From Histomonas meleagridis 2922-C6/04-290x (taxonomy: Eukaryota; Protista; Parabasalia): a stretch of 64,000 bases of DNA. The position numbers and the translations under genes are program-made. Every line of letters starts with the position of its first letter. Positions within the stretch are counted from its first letter, which is position 1. The stretch lies in assembly GCA_020184695.1 (NCBI GenBank), contig JAANOX010000205.1:124001-188000 (forward strand). Direction: 5' to 3'. Below the pieces are notes generated by a model, which did not search any database, was not told where the DNA came from, and saw nothing but the letters and a program-made list of their open reading frames with translations. Shown here piece by piece: positions 43,901 through 55,400 of the stretch.

Positions 43901-45417
43901 TGATTTGAGCTTTTTGGTGGACAGTATATAATAATTGAAATATCTTTATCATAAAGAATACCATCATTTTCATAATTAGAATAATACTGATTATCTTTAG
44001 ATACATCAATAAATTCAAGATTATTACATTGATAAAATGCATTTTCTCCAATCTCTTTAATTGATTTTGGAATTGTAATATTATTTAAATTCACACAATT
44101 ACTAAATGCATAATTTTCTATTTTGGCAATTGAGTTAGGAATTTCAAATTTTTTTCCTGACTTTCTTTGTGGGTAATATATAATAATTGAAATATCTTTA
44201 TCATAAAGAACACCATCATTTTCATAATTAGAATAATACTGGTTATCTTTAGATACATCAATAAATTCAAGATTATTACATTGATAAAATGCATTTTCTC
44301 CAATCTCTTTAATTGATTTTGGAATTGTAATATTATTTAAATTCTTGCAATTACTAAATGCATAATTTTCTATTTTGGTAACTGAGTTCGGAATTTCAAA
44401 AATATGATCAGGTTTTTGTGGTGGATATTGTATGATAGTTGAAATATCTTTGTTATAAAAAACACTATCATTTTCATAATTAGAATAATTTGGGTTATCT
44501 TTTGAAACATCAATAAATTCTAGATAAAGGATATGAGAAAATGCATTTTCTCCTATTGTTTTGACTGTTTTTGGAATTGTAACACCATATAAATCAGTGT
44601 AATGAGAAAATGCATATTTTCCTATATATTCAACAGAATTTGGAAATGTGATATAACACAAACTAGAGCAACAATAAAATGCGTAATCCGCAATATATTT
44701 TACTGAATTTGGAATTGTGATTTCAGAACTCGTAGAAAAATAAGAGAAAGCATAGTTACCAATTGTTTCAATTGATTCACCAATAGTGAAAGAACTTGCT
44801 CTACATTCATAAAATGCATAATCTCCAATTGTTTTTACAGTATTTCCAATAATAACAAATGATATAACACATCCTTTAAAAGCATTATTGGGAATCTCAT
44901 TTACATCATTGGTAATAACATGATTAGCTTTGTATTTACGATCATCGAAAAAATCACTTGGGTGATAAATATGTAAAGTATTCATCATATCATCATATTC
45001 TTGGAATGCATGAGTAAAAAACAATAGAAGAACAGGTAGAATGAATATGTTTTTAAAATTTAAAACTAAGTTAAAATTCCGATTTCTAACAAAGAAGTTT
45101 AAAACAATTTTAATTATATATTTGATAAATAAAATTAATAGTGTATAATGCAAAATAAAATGAAAAATATTTTCACACACCTTACTTTTTGTAATCAAAT
45201 AATGTATATATTGATTTAAATAATTTTCATTCGGAGTCTTTAACGATCCAAATATTGTGCAAATGTTCGTATAAATAGAGATTGCATGAATTTTTGATAG
45301 AATATATATCAAATTCATTCCTATCAAAGGGAGATCTCCTATTGCTGGTTTTACAAGGTCTAAATATGAGAAAATTTCCTTTGAATGTGTGACATTGATT
45401 GAATACAAAACATTCAT
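40957..45417 (-). CDS. BspA-like (TpLRR/LRR_5) type-I surface protein
   Basis: Dozens of 23-aa IPxSVxxIGxYAFxxC repeats, an S/T-rich stalk, a TM segment and an acidic tail EEDPFANDFEE. The true start is uncertain. Confidence 0.92.
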   Translation of the reverse strand: MNVLYSINVTHSKEIFSYLDLVKPAIGDLPLIGMNLIYILSKIHAISIYTNICTIFGSLKTPNENYLNQYIHYLITKSKVCENIFHFILHYTLLILFIKYIIKIVLNFFVRNRNFNLVLNFKNIFILPVLLLFFTHAFQEYDDMMNTLHIYHPSDFFDDRKYKANHVITNDVNEIPNNAFKGCVISFVIIGNTVKTIGDYAFYECRASSFTIGESIETIGNYAFSYFSTSSEITIPNSVKYIADYAFYCCSSLCYITFPNSVEYIGKYAFSHYTDLYGVTIPKTVKTIGENAFSHILYLEFIDVSKDNPNYSNYENDSVFYNKDISTIIQYPPQKPDHIFEIPNSVTKIENYAFSNCKNLNNITIPKSIKEIGENAFYQCNNLEFIDVSKDNQYYSNYENDGVLYDKDISIIIYYPQRKSGKKFEIPNSIAKIENYAFSNCVNLNNITIPKSIKEIGENAFYQCNNLEFIDVSKDNQYYSNYENDGILYDKDISIIIYCPPKSSNQIYLIPNIIKSIGSYSFSYSNFINVVINDNVETIGDYAFYQCNNLHNVTIPSSVKMIGNNAFSDCSKLSLIIICENVISIGNAAFSNLKNLNNITIPNSVISIGNYAFYKCTMLSSIAIGENVLMIGDYAFYRCTNIENIIIPNSVTTIGNYAFYFCSMLSTVFIGNSVLMIGDYSFYRCINLGNIIIPNSVAVIGDFAFYGCSQLLTITIGENVSIIKDYAFSYCKNLSNILIPNSVETIGNCAFFQCNNLNQITVSKSNQYFSNFEDDGILYNKNLSNIIFYPPEKTHQNFEIPKFVQKIEKYAFSYCINLHVITSYFINAIENSAFYHCDNLTKIVIAGTITMIKEYTFSYCIKLIEFTIPNSITVISDYAFYYCTKLNYVTIPNSLKIIGNYAFGRCTNIGNIINLNSITTIGNYAFYYCSQIITIIIGENATTIGNYAFYQCSKLENISIPKSIETIGKYAFYGCGNLQFVNVSKYNLNYSNFENDGVLYTKDISIIIFYPPNKEDQSFDIPNSVSKIENYAFSSCSKLSMVTIGENIITIGNYGFYQCKSLNNINISNSVKTIGNYAFYQCNNLNSINIPNSVKTIGNYVFYQCINLNSINIPNSVKTSGNYAFSSCSKLSMASIGENVLTIGNYGFYQCKSLNNITIYSSEITFEWGAFWYCTNLNTIYFYNNMKLTIQSYAFSDCNNLKCIYFHGETEPKIDSHAFYDTGTISVMVFDEYQGTKFGTLNIYKGTTSSECLPMPTKQFTSTPTNIFTESNTFSKSNIFTESNTFSKSNIFTESNTFTKSEAFSKSNIFSKSNTFIDLEKLSSLYLKNTTFSFTLTYLLTYTHTISICNYINSKSISISYFDMLFTYVETEIIYYKYTIVLYSFYYSYYFNYYTSVNNKEMINNENQNIIIISISVSIILIIIILLAIILLIRKRYKKQRSKLEEVNSVEENEGENIFGTGIINSNIEEDPFANDFEENNIINQI
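41470..41620 (-). repeat. 18-nt coding tandem repeat (S/T-rich stalk, ESNTFS/KSNIFT)
   Basis: Repeated TTTGATTCAGTAAATATA-like and TTTGATTTTGAAAATGTG-like units. Confidence 0.85.
42050..42270 (-). repeat. Near-identical 69-nt LRR tandem units in BspA
   Basis: NNLNSINIPNSVKTxGNYxFYQC repeated about 3 times at the DNA level. Confidence 0.8.
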
Positions 45418-45649
45418 TTTTTACCAATTTTTGATTCCTAACTACAAAAGATAAAAAAGTTGAGTTAACAATAAACCAAACGAAGAGATATTGAAAATTC
45501 ATTCGAAATGCTTTAATTAAAGATTTTGAAATTCGAAGTTGTGAACAACAAAACCGTTTGACTATAAATCCATTTAATATGATTGTAATACATTCAAAAC
45601 ATCTTTAACATCCATATATGATTGAAAAAGTGTGTTGTGAGAGGGAAAA

Positions 45650-46600
45650 GTGACGTTAATACCAACGATAAACCTTCAAGAACTGAATACACAAAAAGAA
45701 CTTAATAACAAATACCAAATCATAAAGAAAATAGGAGTGGGAGGACACTCAGTTGTCTTCCTTGCAAAAGATCAAGAAAATCAACTATATGCATTAAAGC
45801 AAATAAAAAGATTTCATCTATGTGAAGGAATTCCGATTGGAATAATACGTCAAGCAAAAATCCTACGAAACCTTGATTGCAAGAACATTATAAAATTACA
45901 TGATATTATGACAACTTCAGATGATGTTGTTTATTTTGTTTTTCAGTACCACAAATATGATCTTTCACAGATAATATACGATGTCTCCGAACTGTGCGAT
46001 AAGTTTATTATTTCATATATCCGACAATTTCTGAATTCCTTAGAACAATGCAAAGCTAATCACATAATACATCGTGACATTAAACCATCTAACATACTTA
46101 TCACAGAAAACAACGATCTCGTACTTAGTGATTTTGATACTGCCAGATTTGTTCCAGAAGAATCTAAAAATAATATTCGACTTACATCAAATGTTACAAC
46201 TCTTTACTATAGAGCACCAGAGCTCCTCCTTGGATGCACTAACTATGGGTACGAAGTTGACATTTGGGCAGCAGGATGCGTAATTTTCGAAATGATGGCG
46301 AAAAAGCCACTTTTTTATGACCCATTAAAACCTTCAAACACAGAAATCACTCAACTTGACATCATTTTCAGGATTTGCGGTACGCCAAACATAAACGAAT
46401 GGCCAGAAGCTGCAATTTTAGACAAAAACTCTCTTTTCAAAAATAGAATTCCTTTAAAGAATAAATTAAAACAATATTTGGAAAAGAACCTCAACGAAAG
46501 ATTCCATTCCGCAATAGACTTATTGGAAAAAATGCTAGAATTGACGCCTTCTAAAAGAATTACCCCAGAAGAAGCTTTGTTGCATCCTTTTTTTATCTGA
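45650..46600 (+). CDS. CDK-like (CMGC) kinase, atypical and possibly a pseudogene
   Basis: GVGGHSVV, ALK, HRDIKPSN, VTTLYYRAPELLLG and DIWAAGC. The alphaC helix reads IRQ and DFG is replaced by DFD. No in-frame ATG precedes the kinase domain. Confidence 0.8.
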   Translation: MTLIPTINLQELNTQKELNNKYQIIKKIGVGGHSVVFLAKDQENQLYALKQIKRFHLCEGIPIGIIRQAKILRNLDCKNIIKLHDIMTTSDDVVYFVFQYHKYDLSQIIYDVSELCDKFIISYIRQFLNSLEQCKANHIIHRDIKPSNILITENNDLVLSDFDTARFVPEESKNNIRLTSNVTTLYYRAPELLLGCTNYGYEVDIWAAGCVIFEMMAKKPLFYDPLKPSNTEITQLDIIFRICGTPNINEWPEAAILDKNSLFKNRIPLKNKLKQYLEKNLNERFHSAIDLLEKMLELTPSKRITPEEALLHPFFI

Positions 46601-46713
46601 ATAGATTTTTTGCAGAAATCTATTTTCTATTTGGCATCGTTGACTTCTTAACAATTATGCGAAATAAAACTGATTTAGAATGGAACAAGTCAAAATATAT
46701 TAAAAAAGTTAAT

Positions 46714-47058
46714 TTATAAAACTCCATGAATTTTGACCTGCTCCTTCTTACATATCTTCTCGGTTGTTAAGAAGTCAGCTACGTTTTTACGTTGATCACC
46801 TGTTAATTGGAGAATCTTATTACCTTCATTATCATCTACGATTGTTCCATTGCAACAAAAGTTTCTCTTAAAGTACTGTGTAACTTTCTTCATATTAAGT
46901 TTTGGTGGTAATCCTTGAACCAAAGTTACACATTTTCGTCCATTACGTTGTTGAATTCGAATGTGTACTTCAAACTCGTTTTCAGGCGGGCCTTGTGTTC
47001 TGTCAGTTGGGATATCGAATGAATCAATATGAGTTCCTGCAAATGGGTCTTCCGACAT
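46714..47058 (-). CDS. SUI1: Translation initiation factor eIF1/SUI1
   Basis: VHIRIQQRNGRKCVTLVQG, FCCNGTIV, LQLTGDQR and KIHG signatures. Confidence 0.96.
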   Translation of the reverse strand: MSEDPFAGTHIDSFDIPTDRTQGPPENEFEVHIRIQQRNGRKCVTLVQGLPPKLNMKKVTQYFKRNFCCNGTIVDDNEGNKILQLTGDQRKNVADFLTTEKICKKEQVKIHGVL

Positions 47059-47422
47059 ATGGCACTTTTTGTTTGACATTCCGACCACAAACACAATTTT
47101 ACATTTTCACATCAAATGTCCAAATAATGAGGAACCTGCTATGATGTTAAACCACATCATATTACGCGAAAATAAATAATTTAAAGTATTGTGTCACATC
47201 ATTCCTTCAACAAAATTGTTAAATGTAATAAACAATATAAATTTAAAGAAAACTTATTGATTCTTCTTTGTAACTATTACATTAATTTAAAATGTATTAA
47301 CTTCAGAATAAATCTTCGTTTTTTCTGCCGCTTATTATTCTTATTAAAATTTATTGTATAAAAACAAAATTTTGAATAGGATGAACTTTTTCAGTTACCG
47401 ATGAACTTTATTCGAAGGATTA

Positions 47423-49756
47423 ATGGGTTCTTTTTCCTTACATTTTAAAGCAATATTATTCCGAAAATGGGTTTTACTTAAGAGGTCACTTAGACATACT
47501 ATTGGTTCATTTTTGATGGCTGTTCTTTTTGCAGCAATTGCTATTGTTGCTAAATACCTAATGCAAATCTATCTAACAGATACCACATCAAGCCTAACTT
47601 TTTCATCATTTGAAGCCGATTCTGATATAGTTGTTATCATACCACCAGCATCACCTGCTAATTGGCATATTCCGTTTCTTGACATTATAAATCAAACGTA
47701 TCATAACGATACAGGTCGCTATCCAAACTTCAGTTATTTTGAAGATTATGACCAGTTTAACAAATATGTATATGAAATTCAAGCAAATCGAACAGGACCA
47801 TCACACATTGTAATGGGGTTTGCTTTTAATGGCAACATGCCCACGTATAACATTACTGCCTTATATAATCGTACATTAGGACGTAGTCAACAATCATTAG
47901 CACTTTCACAAGTTTCACGTATAATGTGGAAACATAAACACGGGATAGACACTGACTTTTATTTCACGTCGACACAACTTCTTCAAGAGCTCATGAACTT
48001 TATGTTTGGTCAACTTGCTCCTATGTTAATCACATGTGGATTAATATGTGTTTTACCAATAATATTTTCTCAACCAATCATTGATATCAAAGGTGAAGTT
48101 CGATCATATATGCAATCATGTTCACTCCAGTTATTTCCATATTGGGTTGCATGTTTTGTATTTGATTTTATCGTTTGGACGATATTAGTAATTGTTGTAT
48201 GGGTTATATATATTGCATTTGATATTGTTGCAGTCACTGACAACTTATTCACGTCATGGTATTCCTTTATGATGATGGGCCCATCATTTATCATCTTATG
48301 TTATTGTTTTTCATTTGCATTTAAGGAATCCGAATCAGGAATTCGACAAATGCTTTTGATATTAGTCATAACATTAATCATACCAATGCTTATTGATGTT
48401 GTTCGAAATGGAGAAATTCCTTATGGAGTCGAATGGTTTTATAGTTTGTTTCCACATATTTTATTGAATCGATTATTATCACAAGTTATGGTACGAATAT
48501 CAATATTGAATCAATCATTTGGTTCATATTGGAGGTCATCAACTTCATATGTATATTTGATTATGCAAATTGTTGATATTCCAATATACATTGTCATATT
48601 AATAATCATCGAGAAAGTTCGAATATTAATCGCTAAGAAACATGCTAAAAGTGTATACACTGGTTATGAACAATTATTTAGTGCTGAAAAAGCAAAACAT
48701 CCAATAACAAAAGAAGCGAAAGATATGGAAGAAAAAGTACATCAATATGATGACGATTCTAATTTCGTCGTTCGAATATTAAATGTTTCGCGATTATTCT
48801 TTAATGCTGAAGGACAACCGATACCAGCAGTGAATGATGTATCATTAGGCGTGAAAGAAAATTCGATTTTCGGATTCTTAGGTGCTAATGGTGCCGGGAA
48901 AACGACATTAATTAAAATGATAACATCATTATTACCACCATCGACAGGAACAATCGAAATCTTTGGAACGAATATTAACAACCATAAATATTCGCAACAA
49001 TTATTAACAGTATGTCCACAGTTTAATACACATTTATGTTTCGAGATGACCCCACGTGAACATTTTTATTTGTATCAATTAATATGTCAATTGGATCCAC
49101 AAGAAGCAGTTGAACATTCGCAACAATTAATCGAAACTTTAAACCTACAAGAACATGTCGATAAAACTGTTCGCGAATTATCCGGCGGTAATCAAAGAAA
49201 ACTCGCCGTCGCTTTAGCGTTCTATAATAACTCTAAGCTTGTTCTCCTTGACGAGCCGACTTCTTCATTGGATCCTGTAGCGAGACATCACGTGCATGAA
49301 ATGATTAATGAGCATCGAGGCAAAAAGACATTTATGTTATGTACGCATTTATTAAGTGAAGCAGAAGCACTTTGCGACGAAATTTCCATCATGATAAAAG
49401 GTTGCGTGTATACTTGTGGATCGCCGCAATATTTGTCCGAAAAATTCGGTACTGCATATAAAATCGATTTGATTCTAAAAGACGACGGAGAAAATAACGA
49501 CGAAAAAGTAAGCGAATTCTTTAGAAAGGAATTGCCCGAAAGCAAATTGTCAATTGTGAGACCAAACGTTCGAATTTATGAAATACCATCGAATGTGATA
49601 ACTTTGGGTAATCTGTTCGAGAAAATGGAGGAAGGAAAGAAAGGAGATAATGGATTTAGGTATTACACGTGCTCGTCTTCGTCTTTGGAAAGAGTTTTCA
49701 TGGAAATAGTGCATTTGTCTGAAAGTAAAGAAGATGAAGCGTTCTCTCCACCTTAG
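47423..49756 (+). CDS. ABCA-subfamily half transporter
   Basis: TMD followed by an NBD: GANGAGKTT, LSGGNQRKL, LLDEPTSSLDP, THLLSEAEALC, SSLERVF. Confidence 0.93.
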   Translation: MGSFSLHFKAILFRKWVLLKRSLRHTIGSFLMAVLFAAIAIVAKYLMQIYLTDTTSSLTFSSFEADSDIVVIIPPASPANWHIPFLDIINQTYHNDTGRYPNFSYFEDYDQFNKYVYEIQANRTGPSHIVMGFAFNGNMPTYNITALYNRTLGRSQQSLALSQVSRIMWKHKHGIDTDFYFTSTQLLQELMNFMFGQLAPMLITCGLICVLPIIFSQPIIDIKGEVRSYMQSCSLQLFPYWVACFVFDFIVWTILVIVVWVIYIAFDIVAVTDNLFTSWYSFMMMGPSFIILCYCFSFAFKESESGIRQMLLILVITLIIPMLIDVVRNGEIPYGVEWFYSLFPHILLNRLLSQVMVRISILNQSFGSYWRSSTSYVYLIMQIVDIPIYIVILIIIEKVRILIAKKHAKSVYTGYEQLFSAEKAKHPITKEAKDMEEKVHQYDDDSNFVVRILNVSRLFFNAEGQPIPAVNDVSLGVKENSIFGFLGANGAGKTTLIKMITSLLPPSTGTIEIFGTNINNHKYSQQLLTVCPQFNTHLCFEMTPREHFYLYQLICQLDPQEAVEHSQQLIETLNLQEHVDKTVRELSGGNQRKLAVALAFYNNSKLVLLDEPTSSLDPVARHHVHEMINEHRGKKTFMLCTHLLSEAEALCDEISIMIKGCVYTCGSPQYLSEKFGTAYKIDLILKDDGENNDEKVSEFFRKELPESKLSIVRPNVRIYEIPSNVITLGNLFEKMEEGKKGDNGFRYYTCSSSSLERVFMEIVHLSESKEDEAFSPP

Positions 49757-50149
49757 GATGAAGAATTGTTTGTAAATATAAATAATATTATATTAAAATG
49801 AATAAAAATAATTTAAAGGAAAAAAGAAAATTTTTATTTATTTTAAAATTGGTGTTTGTAATAAATAGCATATTGAATACAAAATTATTTTTACTTATTT
49901 GTAATGAAGAACAATATTATTATTGAAATATCGATATTGAAGAACATTGCATATTTCATTCCTTCTAATTGATATAATTAAATTAAAAATTTGAAAGTTT
50001 TTACCTGTAAACATTTTTTAATGTTCAATGGATAAGAAAATGGCTATACAAACTTTTCCATCAGACATAATAAAAAAAAATTTAGAAACTATAAAATATG
50101 AAAATTCTTTTTTCATACAAAAATTTAATCTTACGCGTATATATTTTTA

Positions 50150-52102
50150 TTATAAAGTTCTATTATATAATTGATATGAGCCAAATCCGAAACATAACTT
50201 CCAACTTTTCGTCATATCTGGTTGTTTCAAGTGGCATTCCTCACATATATGATCATGTTCCAGCACATATTTTACATCAGGCAAAATATCCGAATTTGGT
50301 TCTTCTCTTAATTTATTAATTTCATCTCTATAGAAGTACCAATTATAATTCAACAGCCACATTAAAGTCTGTGTATGTATTAAAATTCTTCTTCCAGCGA
50401 GTACAGTTATTGGATTGAAATAATATTTTTCGGGTGTCAAAAACGTATCTTTTTTATTTGTGTTTTTAATAATGAAATCAGAAACTTTTTCATCTGATTC
50501 ATCCCAAATTATTAAAGACAAATCCCAAATATTTTTAGTACCTAAAACGGAAGAAGTTACACAAGAAGAATATAATAAAACAAAAAATGTTATTATGACA
50601 CCTTCTAAGTCTTCATTTTTAACCAAAGAAATTATTTTAAATATAAAAATACAAAAAATTATCGAATTGATTAAAACAAAAGTAGGTAAAAAGAATAATA
50701 TATTCATTCTATTATATTGTTGAAACATTATAAAATTACCAATTAAAAATATAATTAAAGTTGGCAAAAATATAATTTTTTGTTTCTTGTTTAATATAAA
50801 CCATGAAGAAAATAAAATAATAAAAACAAAAATTCCACAATTTTGTAACCAACAAATTATAAAAGGAAAATAAATTCCGTTTTGTTTCAAATTATTATTC
50901 CAAAAACATTCGAAACGTATTAAGTTAATATCCATTCCAGAACTTCTTAAGTTAATTAAAGGGATTATAATTGAAATTATTAAAGAAACGAAAACATTTT
51001 TTAAGTTTTTTAATATTTTATTTCTTTTATTTTTTGTTATATTAAAAATTATTATTAAAAAATATACAAGAAAATATATTAATATCGAAAAAAATCCTTG
51101 ATGCTGTAATGTTAATGAAATAGAAATTAACATTCCAATTATTATACACTCATTAAAACGTGGATTCTCATATATAACTAATAAAATGATAATAATTATA
51201 TATAATATAAATGGCTCAGAACGATTTGGAATTATAATTTGTAATAAAATGATTCCCCAATTCGTTCGATATGTTTTACCAATTTCATATACATAATCAA
51301 ATGTATCATTATTAGTCATTTTATCTTTCCCAGTAAATTTGGAAATAAACCCAAATCCACTAAGATTAAAAAATAAGAAAAGAGATAAAAATGGAACAAA
51401 TTTCGAATTCTCAGAAAATTCAAATGAAAAATGTAAAAAAATATAAATAAATGAAAATAATGTTATAATTATCGGGAAAATGATCGAGATACGGAGTGAA
51501 GACCCTCCAATGATGTACATGGAGGACATAAATGGCGTTAAGTATCGTGTGCGAGAACGACATTTCAAACAAACGGGATGATGAATATTGAACATATCTG
51601 GAAAACCGCTATTGCATCCATGCACAAATGAGTTAATTAATGAGATTTCTTCAGCCATTTCTGTGGTTACTGACTATGTGTTAGTGTTTTTTTAGAAAGA
51701 TTCATTAATTATTAAATAATTAATGAACTTAAAAGTACATACATAATGAAGAGTTCGTGGCTCAGGAAAATACATATGAGGAATATAAATTAATGGTATA
51801 AGGATTGAGATAAAAAAACTGATTATTGAAAAATTTGATGGTTTGGTAAATGTTAAATTTTGTTTTCTTCTTAAAAATAAATATGTAGAAATAGAACATA
51901 AAATAGCAATGTGGAAAATTAAGTGAAATATATTTGCTCCGAATATCCTTGAAAAAAATAAAAATATAAATGTTGAAAATAAAATTCCCATTGGAATTCC
52001 AATTACTGATTTAAGCCAAACATCAAATTTCTTCCTGAAAAACTTTAATACTATTTCAAATCCAAACCAGCATTGCGCAAATACCAATAAAATCCAAATC
52101 AT
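50150..52102 (-). CDS. Multipass membrane protein (GT-C glycosyltransferase-like topology), two exons
   Basis: Exon 1 is 52102-51743 and exon 2 is 51673-50150, joined in frame (RTLHY|SVTTEMAEE) by a canonical intron. Confidence 0.8.
51674..51742 (-). other. Canonical 69-nt parabasalid spliceosomal intron
   Basis: 5' GTATGT, 3' ACTAACACATAG (fused branch point and acceptor), phase 0, contains stop codons. Confidence 0.92.
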
Positions 52103-52259
52103 TCTGAAATGTTATGTGAAATTTCTTCTTCCTTATTAAACATACAAAAAACAAGTATTTCTATTCTTAAATATGAATCACCTGATTGTTTCTAATTTTT
52201 TCTTATTTTAAAAAAATTTATCATATCTGATAAGAACATTTTTTATTTCAAGTTTTTAT

Positions 52260-52347
52260 TTACGCATCTGCTGAATGAATTAGAACCAATTGTTCGTACA
52301 TCTAAAGTTATTGCTTTAATTCCAGCACATTTATAAAATGGATTAGC
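52260..52347 (-). pseudogene. Short BspA LRR relic
   Basis: Translates to ANPFYKCAGIKAITLDVRTIGSNSFSRCV; no start codon, followed by a stop. Confidence 0.45.
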
Positions 52348-52482
52348 ACTAAGTTTAAAACAATGATAAGTGAAATGATAATATTCTCTTCTCATTTTTG
52401 ATTTTTATTCAACAGTTGTAAAAAAAAAGAATTTTTAACTTCAAAATTTTATTCATATATGTAATATTTTTATGGTTTATTA

Positions 52483-55400
52483 TCATTCCACACCTTCGTC
52501 TTCCTCTTCGAACATTTCTTCTTCCTCTTCTTCACCTACGAAATCCTTATCATCTTCATCAGAATCCAAGTCCTCTTTTTTAATAGTCATTTGTTTACTA
52601 CTGAAGATTCCACTACACACGAAACTTTTCTTGAATGTAATAGCTACCAAATCATTTTGATCTATTTTATTGTTATCATCCAAATTAATTTCTATGAATG
52701 AGTTTCTTTTTTCTCTTCTCAACACAATCAGTTTCTTATCTTTAAACAACTCCAAACCTTTCAACTCTTTCCATGTAATATCAATATTCACATTTAACAA
52801 AAATGGAATTTCCGGATTTGAAGAAATTCTTTGGAAAGTTTCATCATAATATATAACTCTTAACAACATATTTTTCTCATTATCAAATTCTCCCACGCCG
52901 AACTGTATACCTATTTTATGTTGTACATTAACTTCATCATCATCATTTGGTATTAAATATGGTATTCCATCACTAATATAAAACAATATGAAATCATCAG
53001 TTTCATATTGACGAGCAATTTCTTCTTTTAATTCATTAACTTTAAATTTCTTCAAGAAGTAAAGTGGAAAACTTTTCTCAGTTTTATAGTTATTTATTAT
53101 TGTTACATAAATACGTGAATAAAAACGTGTATCATATTCACTAACTTCATAATATAATAAATCTGTTTGATCAGATAATGTCCTAAAATTCGGAAATATA
53201 TCAGAAAGTAAATAATGGAACGAAGGTCCTTCATTCCATTTATCTGGCAAGAACAAAAATATTTTATTTGGATCAACATTTAAATATTTACCAATACATT
53301 CGAGCACTTGTTTAAATGTTAAATTACAAGCTAATTCTAATTTAAACTCTTGACCAGTATTATCAAATGATTTAAATGTCATAATTCGATTGTTTTTAAC
53401 ATAAGAAAAGAAATCTTTTAATGTGTCTACTTTAATATTATCTAATAATGTAAAATGTGATTTTTCTTTTGGTGGATTAATTTTCTCGATTTTCTCATTA
53501 AATGTTCTTTTAATTGGTTCGATTAATTCTTGTGAATTCTCTTGTGATTTAAGCTCAAAGATAAATTGTTGACATTCATTAATTGGTCCCGTAGCTATAG
53601 ATCCAATTTCATCTTGACCAAAGTCATAATATGCTATAGTTTCTAATGGTTCTAACTTTAATTTCTCGAATATTTTATTACTTAATTGTTCAATAGTTTC
53701 GCCTGGTTGAATATGTATAAAGCCTAATGGTATTAATTCATAGCCTGGAATGAAAAATGTTACAAAGATTGGTAAATCAGTTGTGTAATCTGCATGATAA
53801 AAGAATTGTGGTATTGGTACTGGATCTGGAATGATTTCTTTTACATATCCATGGTCAGTAACTTTTCGTATAACTAATTGATCAATTGGTATTTGTGTTT
53901 CATGTGATATAAATTCTTTAAATTCTTCACTGTTTAAGTCCTTGTTAACACGTATTGAACGTGGCGATAATTTGTCTAGTTTTCCTATCGACGTTTGTAA
54001 GACTATTGTGATTTCAGATGCACGTCTTGCTTCTGATTCAATGATATCAATTGGTATTTCGGGTTCTTCCATTTCATCAAACTCGGGCTTAATATAAAAT
54101 AAAACATATGCTGTAAAACTACGTTGTCCTTCTTCGCCAAAATTTTCTTCAATCGCTTCATGTGATTCAACATGGCGAACATTTTCATCATCAAAATTGG
54201 TCCATATGCCATCGATTTTTACAAACGCATTATAATGACCTCCAAATACTGAACCAAAATGTGAAATAATTGAATGTAACTGATAACGGTCGCCACCAAA
54301 TGTCAATGAATCAGGAAACGAAAAAGTGGAATTGATCTTTGTAAGATTATTATTACCAAAACGGAACCGACGTAAATGAAGACAAAGGATTTGCGGATTT
54401 TCTTTAAGTTCTGAACCAACTTCTGCATCTGCTTTACTACCATCTGGGAGTTCATATTGATCATCACCTGTTAATTTGTCAGGCTGGAAATATTGGGTTA
54501 AAGAATCTTCAAGACACTTTAATCCTTCGACTTGTAAAGATAAATCACAAAAATCTTCATCATGTGATGACTCATAATTAGCTGAAGGACATCGAATATA
54601 AGATTTCATGACGCCCTTAAATAGTTCGGATGTTTTATTATGACAAGAATCATCAAGTCGATCAAGTAATAATTTCATTAATTCTTGAACATCTTGTTGT
54701 GTAAATAGATCTTCTATCTCCCATCCAAATGATTTAGTAAGCTGACGAGTTGAAACAGGATGAGACATCATTTGCATTCTTGCAAATGTTAACTTAAGAT
54801 TATTTGCAATTTCGGATTTCGGATTATCTATTGAAAAAACAATATTACGGAAAGGCTTTAAATGGAAAAGGCACTGGATTAGTGAATTAAGGTAACATGT
54901 CATACCAGAATTTCGAAGTCCAACACAATTGAAATAATCTTTGGTCAAAAGAACATCAGGTGTAAAATGGAAGGAAAGCACTGCTGATACGTTTTCTGTG
55001 GGAATTTCTTCTGGTGAAAACAAATGAGGTCTAAGTAACACTGAATTAATTGTCTTTGAAAATGAAGCACTATGATTTGAAATAAACTTGCGAAGAGGTT
55101 CTATCTTTAATGATATATCAACATCAACATTATCTTGGGAAGTAACTGATGCAAAAATTAATGGTCCTTTAGATTCGATTTTTCCTAATTTTAATTGGAA
55201 TGTATAATTTCCAATTGTGTATAAACCTACTTCAATAACATTTGTTGATTCTTCTGTAAGTTTTGCTAATTCTGTTAACTCAATATTAATGTCATAATCA
55301 CAAAATTCTATTTGCTTTTCTGGGGCCTTCATGTTTGAGTAATAGCTTTCAGATTCATTAGCAGAATCTTCATCAAATAAGTTTCCATAATAATTTTCAT

